From positions 69,758 through 133,757 of the forward strand of contig JAOTYD010000006.1 in NCBI GenBank assembly GCA_029862005.1: 64,000 bases of DNA, given 5' to 3'. This stretch comes from Gammaproteobacteria bacterium. GTDB taxonomy: Bacteria > Pseudomonadota > Gammaproteobacteria > GCA-001735895. Position numbers and translations under genes: made by a program. Positions 1-9,426 of this stretch are shown piece after piece. The stretch's first letter is position 1; the number at the start of each line of letters is the position of its first letter. The notes under the pieces were generated by a model. The model made no database searches. It was not told the origin of the DNA and was given only the letters and a program-made list of their open reading frames with translations.

Positions 1-652
1 AGCCAATGTTCTCCACAGTGCCCTCGATGTCACGATCGGGCGAGCGGATCCAGTCACCAATAACAAACGGCCGGTCAAAATAGATAATCAGCCCACCGAA
101 AAAATTGGCGAGCAGGTCCTTGGCGGCAAAACCAACCGCAATGCCACCAATACCGCCCATCGCAAGCACACCGGAAACGCTGAAACCGAGAGTCTGCAGT
201 ATCACCAACGCCGCTGTGATAATAACCGCGAGGCGCACCAGTTTACCGATTGCGAGGACCGTATGCTTGTCGACCCGGTCCGATTCCTGGCCGAATTCCT
301 GTTCCGCGCCGCGGATAATTCCGAGCACAAACCAGGTGATACAGACCAGTACCCCGACGTCTCGTACCGAGTCAGAATAGGTGAAAATAGTGCTCTGGGT
401 TTCGGCATAGATAATTTCAACCGCGATATCCAGCCCTGCGAGCCAGATTATCCAGGTAACCGGGCGCATCATCGCACCGAACACAATTTCATCCCAGCGT
501 GTGGGCGTTCGGTAAAGCTTTTTATGAATTCGTGCGAGCAAGCGCTTGGCAAAAAAACTGACGACTGCAGTAATCAATACAACGATGAAAACCTGCACTA
601 TCCAGATCGATTCCCGTTCTATCCAGGGTAACCAGTTTTCCAGGTCAAACAT
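1..652 (-). CDS. MscS-family small-conductance mechanosensitive channel (partial; C-terminus lies beyond the window edge)
   Basis: Minus-strand translation from ATG 652-650 gives MFDLENWLPWIE...GGIGGIAVGFAAKDLLANFFGGLIIYFDRPF, typical of MscS TM3 and the beta-domain. The reading frame runs off the window. Its start overlaps the nagZ stop as TAATG. Confidence 0.8.
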   Translation of the reverse strand, partial: MFDLENWLPWIERESIWIVQVFIVVLITAVVSFFAKRLLARIHKKLYRTPTRWDEIVFGAMMRPVTWIIWLAGLDIAVEIIYAETQSTIFTYSDSVRDVGVLVCITWFVLGIIRGAEQEFGQESDRVDKHTVLAIGKLVRLAVIITAALVILQTLGFSVSGVLAMGGIGGIAVGFAAKDLLANFFGGLIIYFDRPFVIGDWIRSPDRDIEGTVENIG

Positions 653-1704
653 TATTCAAACAAGTCTCCGCTTTCAGCCAGACCCAGCCGATGATTAAAG
701 CTTTGTAATTCTTCACATGCATTTTGCCAGGCTTGAGAGTTGAACATATCTTTACAGGTCGCCTGTCCGTGCAGGCGAATCATGCGCAGCTGCGACGTGG
801 GATTAGAATAACCCTGTAGCGAATTCAGCACTTCGTCTGCGCCCTCGGCATTATTACAAACCAGCAGGATGTCACAACCGGCTGCAAGCGCGTGTTCCGC
901 ACGTTGCGGGTAACCGCCAACCGCCTCGGCTCCGCTCATGCTTAAATCGTCGCTGAAGACAGTGCCTTCGAATTGCAGCTGCCCGCGCAGGATTGTCTCG
1001 ATCCAGTAGCGCGAGTAACCCGCGGCATTCTGATCAACCTGGTCATAAATGACATGCGCCATCATGATGCCGGCTAAATGAGTCGCGATAACCCGTCGAA
1101 ATGGTACCAGGTCGAGCGCTTCGATTTCACTGATGCTGCGTCGATCGAATGGCATCACGTGGTGCGAGTCCCCCTTGACCGATCCGTGACCCGGAAAGTG
1201 CTTGCCAACTGCCTCCATGCCCGCCCTGCGCATGCCTCGTATCCAGGCATTGGCCAAATGAGAAACGGTCTCCGGATCCCGGTGAAACGCGCGATCACCG
1301 ATCACACTGCTGACCGGACTGGCGATATCCAGCACCGGCGAAAAGCTCAGATCAACACCGTAATAGAGCAGCTCTGCAGCCATTACCCAGGCAAATTTCT
1401 CGGCCAGTTGGAGCGCCTGCCCCGCATCCTCGTCGTAAAGATCACCTAGCAGGCCCATCGCCGGAATCGCCTGGAATCCGTCACGAAAGCGTTGTATCCG
1501 GCCACCTTCATGATCGACAGCCACCACCAGCCGTGGATCTCTGAGCTTATGAATTTCCGCGCACAGCGCCGCGAGTTGCTCCGGATTCCGGTAATTGCGG
1601 CTGAACAGGATCACACCACCGACCTGTGGATCCAGCAGACGCTTACGATCTTCCGCTTCGAGTTCGCAACCGGCGATATCGAGCATGACAGGTCCCAGAC
1701 TCAC
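652..1704 (-). CDS. nagZ: beta-N-acetylhexosaminidase NagZ
   Basis: 350 aa. The N-terminus MSLGPVMLDIAGCELEAED resembles E. coli NagZ (MGPVMLDVEG...). Glycoside hydrolase family 3 motifs are present. GTG start at 1704 overlaps the ispF stop. Confidence 0.9.
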   Translation of the reverse strand: MSLGPVMLDIAGCELEAEDRKRLLDPQVGGVILFSRNYRNPEQLAALCAEIHKLRDPRLVVAVDHEGGRIQRFRDGFQAIPAMGLLGDLYDEDAGQALQLAEKFAWVMAAELLYYGVDLSFSPVLDIASPVSSVIGDRAFHRDPETVSHLANAWIRGMRRAGMEAVGKHFPGHGSVKGDSHHVMPFDRRSISEIEALDLVPFRRVIATHLAGIMMAHVIYDQVDQNAAGYSRYWIETILRGQLQFEGTVFSDDLSMSGAEAVGGYPQRAEHALAAGCDILLVCNNAEGADEVLNSLQGYSNPTSQLRMIRLHGQATCKDMFNSQAWQNACEELQSFNHRLGLAESGDLFE

Positions 1705-2180
1705 TAATCAGACTCCAGGATTACGACCGCAGCTACGGCAATTCCCTGTTCACGTCCGATAAAGCCGAGCCCCTCGGTCGTGGTCGCCTTGATATTGATT
1801 GCGGTGGCCGGGGTCTCCAGATCCTCGGCGAGAATCGCGGTCATTGAGCCGATATGAGGTGCCATTTTTGGCACCTGTACGATGATCGTGATATCGGCAT
1901 TACCCAGCCGAAAGCCATCGGTATCGATCAACTGTTTAATTTTGCGCAGAAATTCACGGCTATCCCGATTTTCATTGCGTACATCGGTATCGGGAAACAT
2001 CCGGCCGATATCGCCGCGTCCCAGGGCACCGAGTAAGGCATCGCACAGCGCGTGAATAAGCGCGTCACCGTCTGAATGGGCGACGACTGCCTTGTCGCAG
2101 GATACGAAGACGCCGCCCAGGGTAAATCCGTTTCCTTCGACGAAGGCGTGCACATCATACCCGTGTCCAATCCTGGTCAT
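1704..2180 (-). CDS. ispF: 2-C-methyl-D-erythritol 2,4-cyclodiphosphate synthase
   Basis: 158 aa, MTRIGHGYDVHAF...; conserved IspF zinc-binding DVH motif. ATG at 2180. Confidence 0.93.
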   Translation of the reverse strand: MTRIGHGYDVHAFVEGNGFTLGGVFVSCDKAVVAHSDGDALIHALCDALLGALGRGDIGRMFPDTDVRNENRDSREFLRKIKQLIDTDGFRLGNADITIIVQVPKMAPHIGSMTAILAEDLETPATAINIKATTTEGLGFIGREQGIAVAAVVILESD

Positions 2181-2242
2181 GCTCTTCGAAATCCAGTCTC
2201 AATCGACTAAAAGCGGATAATTATAACCGCAGGTTATGCTAA

Positions 2243-3277
2243 CTACACCCGACTTAGTGCATGTATGTTGAAAAGTAATGCGCTGAATAACAGCAAGGCG
2301 CCAGCCTGGTGTAAGGCACCTAACCATACAGGCACCTGCATTAACAGGGTAGCGATGCCGAGTATCAGTTGCAGGACAACCATCATGCCTACCAGCTTGA
2401 AACTGCGCTGCAGCCTTGTCTCCTCGAAGTGCAAGCGCCCCCTGATATACCAGGCAATCAGAATTATTCCGGCCGTAACGGCCAGCCAGCGATGGTTGAA
2501 CTGTACCGTGACCATGTTTTCCAGCGGGTTCAGGTACCACGGTGATAATGCGCCGATGCCCTCGGGTATCAAACTGCCTCCCATCAACGGGAAAGTATTG
2601 AAAATCAAGCCGGCATCCAGCCCGGCAACAAAACCACCGGAGACGATGGTCACCAGTACCAGGATAGCTAATCCAAGGGACAGTAAGCGCCAGCCGGTAA
2701 CGGTCGACTCGGCCAGTCGACGATAGCTGGCTGTCGTCGCGAGGTTGAATATCGTCCACAGGATGAATCCGTAAATCAGGATTGCACTGAGCAAATGTGC
2801 ACTTAATCGGTATTGACTGACATGCGGATTACTGACCAGCCCGCTTTTAACCATGTACCAGCCCAGCAATCCCTGCAATCCACCCAGTACAAACATGATC
2901 ACCAGGCGGGGCGTCAATCCCGGTTTAATCATTTTACGCAACCAGAAGTAAACAAACGGCAGCAGGAATACCAGCCCGATTAAACGTCCCAGCATCCGGT
3001 GCGAGTACTCGAACCAGTAGATCGATTTAAAACCCTCGAGCGTCATGTCGCTATTGATTTTCTGAAACTCGGGAAACTGCTGATATAGCTTGAATTCCGC
3101 CAGCCACTGCTCCGCACCCAACGGCGGTAGCATTCCGGTCGGATGCCAGGTGACCATGGAAAGCCCCGAGCCGGTGAGGCGCGTGACGCCACCAAGTATT
3201 ATCATCGAAAAAATCAAAACCAGACAAACCTGCAACCAACGCGTTATCGCACGATCGTTTTCGCTAATCTCATTCAT
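2243..3277 (-). CDS. ctaA: heme A synthase (COX15/CtaA family)
   Basis: Polytopic membrane protein with conserved HR motifs (EYSHRMLGR, QFNHRWLA) in predicted TM helices. True ATG at 3277 (MNEISEN...). The ORF-track start at 3361 is a TTG lying inside the terminator A-tract. Confidence 0.8.
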   Translation of the reverse strand: MNEISENDRAITRWLQVCLVLIFSMIILGGVTRLTGSGLSMVTWHPTGMLPPLGAEQWLAEFKLYQQFPEFQKINSDMTLEGFKSIYWFEYSHRMLGRLIGLVFLLPFVYFWLRKMIKPGLTPRLVIMFVLGGLQGLLGWYMVKSGLVSNPHVSQYRLSAHLLSAILIYGFILWTIFNLATTASYRRLAESTVTGWRLLSLGLAILVLVTIVSGGFVAGLDAGLIFNTFPLMGGSLIPEGIGALSPWYLNPLENMVTVQFNHRWLAVTAGIILIAWYIRGRLHFEETRLQRSFKLVGMMVVLQLILGIATLLMQVPVWLGALHQAGALLLFSALLFNIHALSRV

Positions 3278-3360
3278 ATGGAACGGGTATCTAGTCTCCA
3301 GGATCTGCCGCCGTAACCGGCAGTCAGCACCACACTGCGTAATTCTATTACAGACGCCCA

Positions 3361-3385
3361 AAAAAAAAAGGCGCCTATGGGCGCC
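3361..3385 (-). terminator. Rho-independent terminator (GGCGCC-tatg-GGCGCC plus a 9-nt U-tract on the minus strand)
   Basis: Perfect 6-bp GC stem followed by A9 on the plus strand (U9 on the minus transcript). Lies downstream of the minus-strand M24 peptidase gene. Confidence 0.6.
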
Positions 3386-3637
3386 TTTCTCGTCCTCGCT
3401 GCCGCTATTATTCTTGTATGGCAGCTATCTCCTCCAGTTGCTTTGCCTTGATCGATCAACCATCCCGCGTTGACTTTTCAACACCAGGGCCCAGGGCCAC
3501 TGATACTTGCTGGCAGTAGTAAACCACAGGCATTTCAAAGTTGCTACCGAATTTTGCAATAATTTTTCCCGGTAATTTTCCGGATTATGCCGGGGAATTT
3601 CCAGACTTCAGGAGATGTCGCTCCGGATACAACTGGC

Positions 3638-4906
3638 TTAACGCCTGGCCTGAATCTCCTCGAACGGAAAGCTGTCCAGACGCTCAACCCCATGGTGCCT
3701 GACCACGACCTGGACCTCCAGCTTGATTGACTCGCTGCCCTTTTCTCCAATCAGGCTTTCCACGCACAGCACCATGTTCTTTTCAAATCGACCTTCGCAG
3801 GCAAATTCAAAATCGGGATGCAGGGGGATGACCGGCCATTCATCCGCCATGCCGACGCCATGCGCGGCCAGCGAATAGCGATAGGGTTGGTAAGGTTCCG
3901 GAATCCGCCAGGACTTCGCATTGAATTCTCGAAAACTCATTCCGCATTCGATAATTTCCAGGTTGTGATTTATCTGTTCCACCGCGGCCGCGTAAAGTTC
4001 GGCCTGCTTTGGCGTCATCTGGGTATAGCCACAGGTCCAGGAGCGCGACAGGTCCGCGCAGTATCCGTATGGCCCGATCATGTCCGTATCAAACGAAATC
4101 ATTTCCCCTTGCCGGCAGACGTAGTCAGAACACTCCTGGTACCAGGGATTGGTACGCGCACCGCAGGTTAGCAACCGGGTCTCGAGCCATTCTCCACCGG
4201 AACGCGCGTTTTCGTAGTGTAATTCTGCCCACAGCTCCTGCTCGGTGCGTCCCGGAACGGAGTTTTCATAGATGCGCGCCATGCCGGCCTCGCAAACGCG
4301 GATCGTCCATCGCATCAGGGTTAGTTCATCCTCGCTTTTAATCGCACGCGCGCGCTCGGTCAACTCCTGTCCATCAACGATCTCCAGGCCATGGGCTTCG
4401 AGTTCCCTGAGCCCGAGCGGTTCAAGTTTGTCAACTGCGAGGCGCCTGTTGCCGGCACCGTGGCTTTGCATTGAATCGACAATCCCCCGGCCCCAGGTAA
4501 CGACTTGCTCCGGGACACGGTCTCCAACTTCCATGAAAATCCATGGAACCGAACTACGAACCTCGTCGATACCCTCGTAGCCCTCGCACAAATGATGGCA
4601 GCCATCAAACTCGAACATAATCGCCGGTCCATCGGTAAAAATGAGTGCATAGCGCATGGCACTGTGCGCACACCAGACCTGCATGTTACGCACATCGAGG
4701 GCGTAACGAATATTAACCGGGTCATATAGTAACAATGCTGCGTAATCGAAATTCTGTAACTGTTCGCGGATTCGTGCCAGTCGATACTGGCGTGCGCTTA
4801 CCAGCGTTTCATGCGGGATCGGACTCTTTAGCGGACGCCCGGCGCCTTCCTGGTTAAGGTAGGTTCTTTTTCGTTCATCGAAGAAAGTATTCTTTAACGC
4901 CTTCAC
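3638..4906 (-). CDS. M24-family metallopeptidase with creatinase-type N-domain (Xaa-Pro aminopeptidase / DddP / ectoine-hydrolase-like)
   Basis: Creatinase-like N-domain plus pita-bread M24 domain (metal-ligand context HGVGM, E..E). Start is uncertain: GTG 4906 sits immediately after the upstream stop, and ATG 5005 would overlap the upstream gene by 98 nt. Confidence 0.72.
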   Translation of the reverse strand: MKALKNTFFDERKRTYLNQEGAGRPLKSPIPHETLVSARQYRLARIREQLQNFDYAALLLYDPVNIRYALDVRNMQVWCAHSAMRYALIFTDGPAIMFEFDGCHHLCEGYEGIDEVRSSVPWIFMEVGDRVPEQVVTWGRGIVDSMQSHGAGNRRLAVDKLEPLGLRELEAHGLEIVDGQELTERARAIKSEDELTLMRWTIRVCEAGMARIYENSVPGRTEQELWAELHYENARSGGEWLETRLLTCGARTNPWYQECSDYVCRQGEMISFDTDMIGPYGYCADLSRSWTCGYTQMTPKQAELYAAAVEQINHNLEIIECGMSFREFNAKSWRIPEPYQPYRYSLAAHGVGMADEWPVIPLHPDFEFACEGRFEKNMVLCVESLIGEKGSESIKLEVQVVVRHHGVERLDSFPFEEIQARR

Positions 4907-4907
4907 T

Positions 4908-5393
4908 TTATTGCCCCGGGTCAATATGAGCCAACCGGTCCAGCTTGTCGCCTTCCAGTTCGTAAGCCTGGCCAAAGCCGCGTACGAATCGACCCGTCTT
5001 TGCATGCACGCAAAACAACTGGAAATCGGGGAGCGGTTCGATAATTTCCATCACCTTACCAAAGCGGTGGTGAAACAGGTCCAACACAGCCCTGAATTGC
5101 CCATTATCCCGGGTTACGAGCTCCGCCCTTCCCTGTAGATTGATGCGTTTTCGGGCAAACGGATTTCCGGCTTCGTCTTCAAGCAGCATCAAGCCAATTT
5201 CAGGGTTGCGCATCAGATTGCCCGTATGACTCGCGAGCCGACTGAGGAAGAGATAGTAATTTCCTTCGAATAAAACGCAGGGAGCGTAACTCGATTCTGG
5301 GGTATGGGCGCTGCCGAGGGTTGCCAATTGAGCGCTGTTGGCATCGTCGCGTAACGCGAGATAATCCCGGTGTGCGCTATCTATGTCGTTCAA
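4908..5393 (-). CDS. pyridoxamine 5'-phosphate oxidase-like (FMN-binding split-barrel) protein
   Basis: 161 aa, PNPOx/HugZ-like fold pattern. TTG start at 5393; there is no in-frame ATG near the N-terminus. Confidence 0.6.
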   Translation of the reverse strand: MNDIDSAHRDYLALRDDANSAQLATLGSAHTPESSYAPCVLFEGNYYLFLSRLASHTGNLMRNPEIGLMLLEDEAGNPFARKRINLQGRAELVTRDNGQFRAVLDLFHHRFGKVMEIIEPLPDFQLFCVHAKTGRFVRGFGQAYELEGDKLDRLAHIDPGQ

Positions 5394-5432
5394 AACGGGC
5401 CCCGGCAGTCAGTACCCGTTTATTCTGCCACG

Positions 5433-6176
5433 CTAGGAAGACATTCGCATCAAGCTCGCGCTGGCGGTGTCGTTTTCACTGGCCAGTTTCATCAGTTTGA
5501 CCTGCTGCTCGTAGTAGCGCGCATAGTCAATCATGCGCACCATGGCGTCCACCGCGTTGACATTGCTGCCTTCGAGCGCACCCGAGGTTACCGAGATCGA
5601 TGCGTCGGCCTGGGCCTCGACACCATCCTGGACACGAAACAGGCCATCCTCGCCACGGTAGATTTGATCCCTGGGTGGATTGACCAGGCGAATTCGATCC
5701 ACACCGACCAACGTATTGGCTGACTGGCCAGTGGCACGAATGCTGATGGTGCCGTCGCGACCGATGACGAGACTTTCAAATTGCGGGATCGTAATCGGAC
5801 CACCGTCACCGAGCACGATCTGGTTGGCTCCATTGACTAAAAGACCGGTTGGGTCGATCCTGAAATCGCCACGACGCGAATAGGCCGTACTGCCATCTTC
5901 TGCCTGCACCGCAAACCAGCCGTCACCATCAATGGCAAGATCGAGGTTGCGACCGGTTATATTTATGGTGCCAGGGTTGAAATTGACACCACTATCCTCG
6001 TCGCTGACATATACCCGATCGAGATGACCGGGGCCAGAAACCGGGTTCGACTCGAAGTGGTCCAGGGTTGCCTTGAAGCCAACCGTACTGATATTGGCAA
6101 GATTATTGGCATTATTTTGCTGCGCAAGCATCGCCTGCGCAGCGCCATTCATTGCCAGGTACAGGTAATTATCCAT
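5433..6176 (-). CDS. flgF: flagellar basal-body rod protein FlgF
   Basis: 247 aa. N-terminal MDNYLYLAMNGA... and C-terminal rod-protein heptads. Confidence 0.9.
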   Translation of the reverse strand: MDNYLYLAMNGAAQAMLAQQNNANNLANISTVGFKATLDHFESNPVSGPGHLDRVYVSDEDSGVNFNPGTINITGRNLDLAIDGDGWFAVQAEDGSTAYSRRGDFRIDPTGLLVNGANQIVLGDGGPITIPQFESLVIGRDGTISIRATGQSANTLVGVDRIRLVNPPRDQIYRGEDGLFRVQDGVEAQADASISVTSGALEGSNVNAVDAMVRMIDYARYYEQQVKLMKLASENDTASASLMRMSS

Positions 6177-6196
6177 GACAGTCTAACCCTGATTCC

Positions 6197-7519
6197 CTAT
6201 CGAATCTGGATGATGGTATCGGTTATCGAGTTCGATGTTTCGATCGAACGCGCGTTGGCCTGGAAGTTCCGCTGCGCCGTGATTAGATTCACCAGTTGCT
6301 GCGTCAGGTCGACGTTGGAAGATTCCAGCGCACCCGATTGAATCAGGCCAAAACGTCCAGTACCGGCAGCGCCGGTGATCACCGGCCCCGAGTCTATGGT
6401 TTCCTGCCAGGCTGATCCACCAACCGCATTCAAGCCCTGCAGGTTGGCAAAATCGGCCAGCGCGACCTGTCCCATCGGGGTCTGAATGCCGTTACTGTAA
6501 GTCGCACGAATCAATCCATCCTCGGAAATATCCAGCCCGGTCAGTCTGCCGGTGGTGAAACCATCCGGATCGAGCGTACTCACCGAGAACGATGCTGCGA
6601 ACTGGGTGGTGCTGTTATTAGCAAAATCATGCAACACTGTGAGCGGGCTGGCGCCGTTGGTCAACGGAATCGCGGTGTTTTGCAGTGCTGCCGGCGTACT
6701 GCTGGCATAACTGCCGTCGGGATTGAAGTTCAAAACACCTGCATTTTGTAGCACAGGCAGGCCGCCATTCAAGTGGTTAACCGCGGTACCGCCGGCGATA
6801 TCAACCTCGGCACCATCGAGATAGGTAAATACTGCCCACTGGTTGGGATTGCTGAGCGGATTGGTAACCGAGCCCCCCAGGTCATTAACGAAGTAATAGG
6901 ACAACACATGCGAGGCACCGAGCGAATCGAAAACCGTGGACGAGGTCGCGTGCGTATAGGTGTTACTCGCAGTCGGATCGAACGCGGCGGGATCAAGCTT
7001 GATCGTCGACGCGTCCAGGTTCAGCCCGACTTCGACTTCGGTTGTTGCCTGTGGCGCGCCAGTGGTCGCCGGCAACGTAATCGGGATCGTGGTATTCAAG
7101 CTGGTCGAGGTGACATTACCGCTAGCGTCTACCGGGAAAGCCTGCAGGTATTCGCCCGCGCTATTGGTAACCGTGCCGGTATTATCAACACGAAACTGCC
7201 CGGCCCGGGTATAGGAAATGTCGCTGCCGGTCAGGGATTTGTTGGTAATGAAGAAACCCTGGCCACTGATTGCCATGTCGAGACTGGCGTCGGTAAATTT
7301 GAGGTTACCCTGGTCGAACTGCTGGCTAACGCTCAATACTTCAACCCCGCTTCCGACCTGGGTGGAAGTGTTGCCAAACGGCGATAACTCGAACAGGTCG
7401 CCGAATTCGGTACGCGAATTCTTGAACCCGGTGGTTGCGACGTTAGCGATGTTGTTGCTGGTAACGCTAAGATCGACGGTTGCGGCCTGTAATCCGCTCA
7501 GTGCTGCATTAAATGACAT
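6197..7519 (-). CDS. flgE: flagellar hook protein FlgE
   Basis: 440 aa. MSFNAALSGLQAA... N-terminus, C-terminus ending ...TDTIIQIR. Strong RBS AGGAGA. Confidence 0.93.
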   Translation of the reverse strand: MSFNAALSGLQAATVDLSVTSNNIANVATTGFKNSRTEFGDLFELSPFGNTSTQVGSGVEVLSVSQQFDQGNLKFTDASLDMAISGQGFFITNKSLTGSDISYTRAGQFRVDNTGTVTNSAGEYLQAFPVDASGNVTSTSLNTTIPITLPATTGAPQATTEVEVGLNLDASTIKLDPAAFDPTASNTYTHATSSTVFDSLGASHVLSYYFVNDLGGSVTNPLSNPNQWAVFTYLDGAEVDIAGGTAVNHLNGGLPVLQNAGVLNFNPDGSYASSTPAALQNTAIPLTNGASPLTVLHDFANNSTTQFAASFSVSTLDPDGFTTGRLTGLDISEDGLIRATYSNGIQTPMGQVALADFANLQGLNAVGGSAWQETIDSGPVITGAAGTGRFGLIQSGALESSNVDLTQQLVNLITAQRNFQANARSIETSNSITDTIIQIR

Positions 7520-7536
7520 TAGTTTCTCCTGCTTTG

Positions 7537-8214
7537 CTACATTATTTTGCGAACCTGGTTCATATCGATATCGCCGAGGCCGGACACGCTAAGCGTAAGA
7601 TCCTGACCACCGACGCCGAGGGTTACACTCTCGACATCAACCACCGTAAACATACTTCCCGAGCTGACCTCGGTACCCCTGTAAACCTCTGCTGCGATCT
7701 GGTACTGACCGCCCGGCAGACTATTGCCGTCCGGGTCCAGTCCATTCCATTCAAAATCGATCAACCCGGCCTGCTGCAGTCCGAGTTCCTGGCGATTCAT
7801 CAGTTGGCCTGCCGAATTCTTGATCGTAATGACGACCTTGCTTGCCGGCTGGGCCAGTTCTACTGATCCCATCAGGCTGGCACCATCATTCAGAATACCG
7901 GTTTGCGACGGCACCAAAACGCGCCTGCCGACCAGCGTCGATGCCTGCAACGCCTGGTTTGACTGGAAAGAGGCACTCATGGTGTTAATCGTGGTATTCA
8001 AATCACTGATTCCGCTAACCGTACCGAACTGGGCCATCTGCCCCAGAAAATTTCCGTTTTCCATTGGCTTGAGCGGATCCTGGTATTGCAATTGGGCAGT
8101 CATCAGTGCCAGAAACTCTGCCTGTCCGAGCTCATCGTTTTCCCTGGTATCATTTTCCGTGGGCTGGTTTAATCCCAGCTGGGTATAAATCGAGTTGGTA
8201 TCGATATCAGACAT
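7537..8214 (-). CDS. flgD: flagellar hook capping/assembly protein FlgD
   Basis: 225 aa, FlgD N- and C-domain pattern; sits between flgC and flgE. Confidence 0.9.
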   Translation of the reverse strand: MSDIDTNSIYTQLGLNQPTENDTRENDELGQAEFLALMTAQLQYQDPLKPMENGNFLGQMAQFGTVSGISDLNTTINTMSASFQSNQALQASTLVGRRVLVPSQTGILNDGASLMGSVELAQPASKVVITIKNSAGQLMNRQELGLQQAGLIDFEWNGLDPDGNSLPGGQYQIAAEVYRGTEVSSGSMFTVVDVESVTLGVGGQDLTLSVSGLGDIDMNQVRKIM

Positions 8215-8226
8215 CTTGATACTCCG

Positions 8227-8637
8227 TTAATTTCCCAACGACAGGACGCGCAGTAACAGGTCGCGCGAGGTATTTAAAACTTCAACATTATTCTGGTAGG
8301 CACGCGAAGCCGAAATCATGTTCGCCATTTCTTCGACCGGGTTGACATTGCTACCAAACACGAAGCCATCTTCATTCGCCAGGGCATGACCCGGGTCGTA
8401 GCGTCGTTCGACCGTCTTTTGACTTTGCACGATCTGAAGCATTTGCACCCCGACCTCACCCGGCCGGTTATGGTTGCCCAGCAATGACTGGAATACCGGC
8501 TGGCGAGATCGATATGCCTCTGCCTCGCTGCTGGCGATGGTTTCTACATTGGCCAGGTTACTGGCAACGGTATTCAAACGCACCGACTGAGCACTGATCG
8601 CGCTACCGGAAATATTGAAATTGGCATACAGCCCCAT
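8227..8637 (-). CDS. flgC: flagellar basal-body rod protein FlgC
   Basis: 136 aa, typical FlgC. Confidence 0.93.
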   Translation of the reverse strand: MGLYANFNISGSAISAQSVRLNTVASNLANVETIASSEAEAYRSRQPVFQSLLGNHNRPGEVGVQMLQIVQSQKTVERRYDPGHALANEDGFVFGSNVNPVEEMANMISASRAYQNNVEVLNTSRDLLLRVLSLGN

Positions 8638-8639
8638 GT

Positions 8640-9041
8640 CTATTCTCCTTTCAGGGCCTTCATAAGACCCGTTACCTTGCTATTCAGGAATGTAAAACTG
8701 GTTTGGAACATTAATGCGTTTTCGGAGAACTCGGCCTGCTCAACGTGGGAATCAACCGAGTTACCGTCCAGCGAGGGATGCAACGGGTTGCGATACATCA
8801 GGGCAGGCTGCATCGAGCTCGATTGAGTCGTCATATGGTCGCGATGCGTGCTGGCCAACACTATGTGGCTGGCCTGTTGCTGGCTTGCGTTGCGCAGCAT
8901 GGCGCCGAAGTCTATGTCACGCGCTTTATAGTTCGGTGTATCCGCGTTAGCGATATTGGCGGCCAGGATCGAGGTACGCTGGCCGCGCAGCAGCAGTGCG
9001 TCATCGTGTATAGAAAAGGCTCGTTCGAAGCTTATTGGCAT
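8640..9041 (-). CDS. flgB: flagellar basal-body rod protein FlgB
   Basis: 133 aa, typical FlgB; first gene of the operon. Confidence 0.93.
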   Translation of the reverse strand: MPISFERAFSIHDDALLLRGQRTSILAANIANADTPNYKARDIDFGAMLRNASQQQASHIVLASTHRDHMTTQSSSMQPALMYRNPLHPSLDGNSVDSHVEQAEFSENALMFQTSFTFLNSKVTGLMKALKGE

Positions 9042-9075
9042 GGTAATACCCGTAATTCAGCAATACGGATCCTGA

Positions 9076-9091
9076 TGCATAGACGATGCCA
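9076..9091 (-). promoter_or_regulatory. sigma-54 (RpoN) -24/-12 element TGGCAT-N5-ATGCA upstream of flgB
   Basis: Minus-strand TGGCATcgtctATGCA has correct GG/GC spacing. Predicted TSS is about 24 nt before the flgB ATG. Flagellar rod/hook operons are sigma-54 dependent in many polar-flagellated Proteobacteria. Confidence 0.5.
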
Positions 9092-9426
9092 CCAAATTAT
9101 TACGTTTGTAAATCAGAGACTTAGTTGAAAGTACCCGGCTAAAAGGTGGCAATGCGGCAATCCGGAGAGGCAATGTTGCCACCTCATTGTTAGCCTTTCA
9201 GAAAGCAGTCACAAAACTCAACAGGCAAGTTCTGCACAGGTTAGGTGCAGTCGGTGACAGCAGCGGGTAAGGTCGAAGCAGCGGAAACTGTCCTGTTGAA
9301 TTGCCTAAAATCCGTAAAACGGAATCCTTGATAAAAGCTCCTCGTCGGATTCGACCCGGGTCGATACTATTTTTCTCACGATAACTAAGGATGTGTTTTG
9401 GCCTGATAATTGCATTGATTTTTATC

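Noticed and set aside
2199-2759. 186-aa minus ORF overlapping the heme A synthase in another frame
   Set aside because: It is an out-of-frame overlap and has no membrane-protein features. The COX15 frame explains the region.
3359-3361. ORF-track start codon at 3361 for the heme A synthase
   Set aside because: The codon is a TTG lying inside the A-tract of the upstream terminator hairpin. The conserved N-terminus begins at ATG 3277.
3564-3603. Short TTTTCC(C)GG / CCGGGGAATTTCC repeats in the 3' region downstream of the M24 gene
   Set aside because: They are very short and low-complexity, could arise by chance, and there is no gene context suggesting an operator.
6773-7387. 204-aa plus-strand ORF
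   Set aside because: It lies entirely antisense within flgE. It has a GC-skewed, Arg-rich composition typical of a spurious antisense frame.
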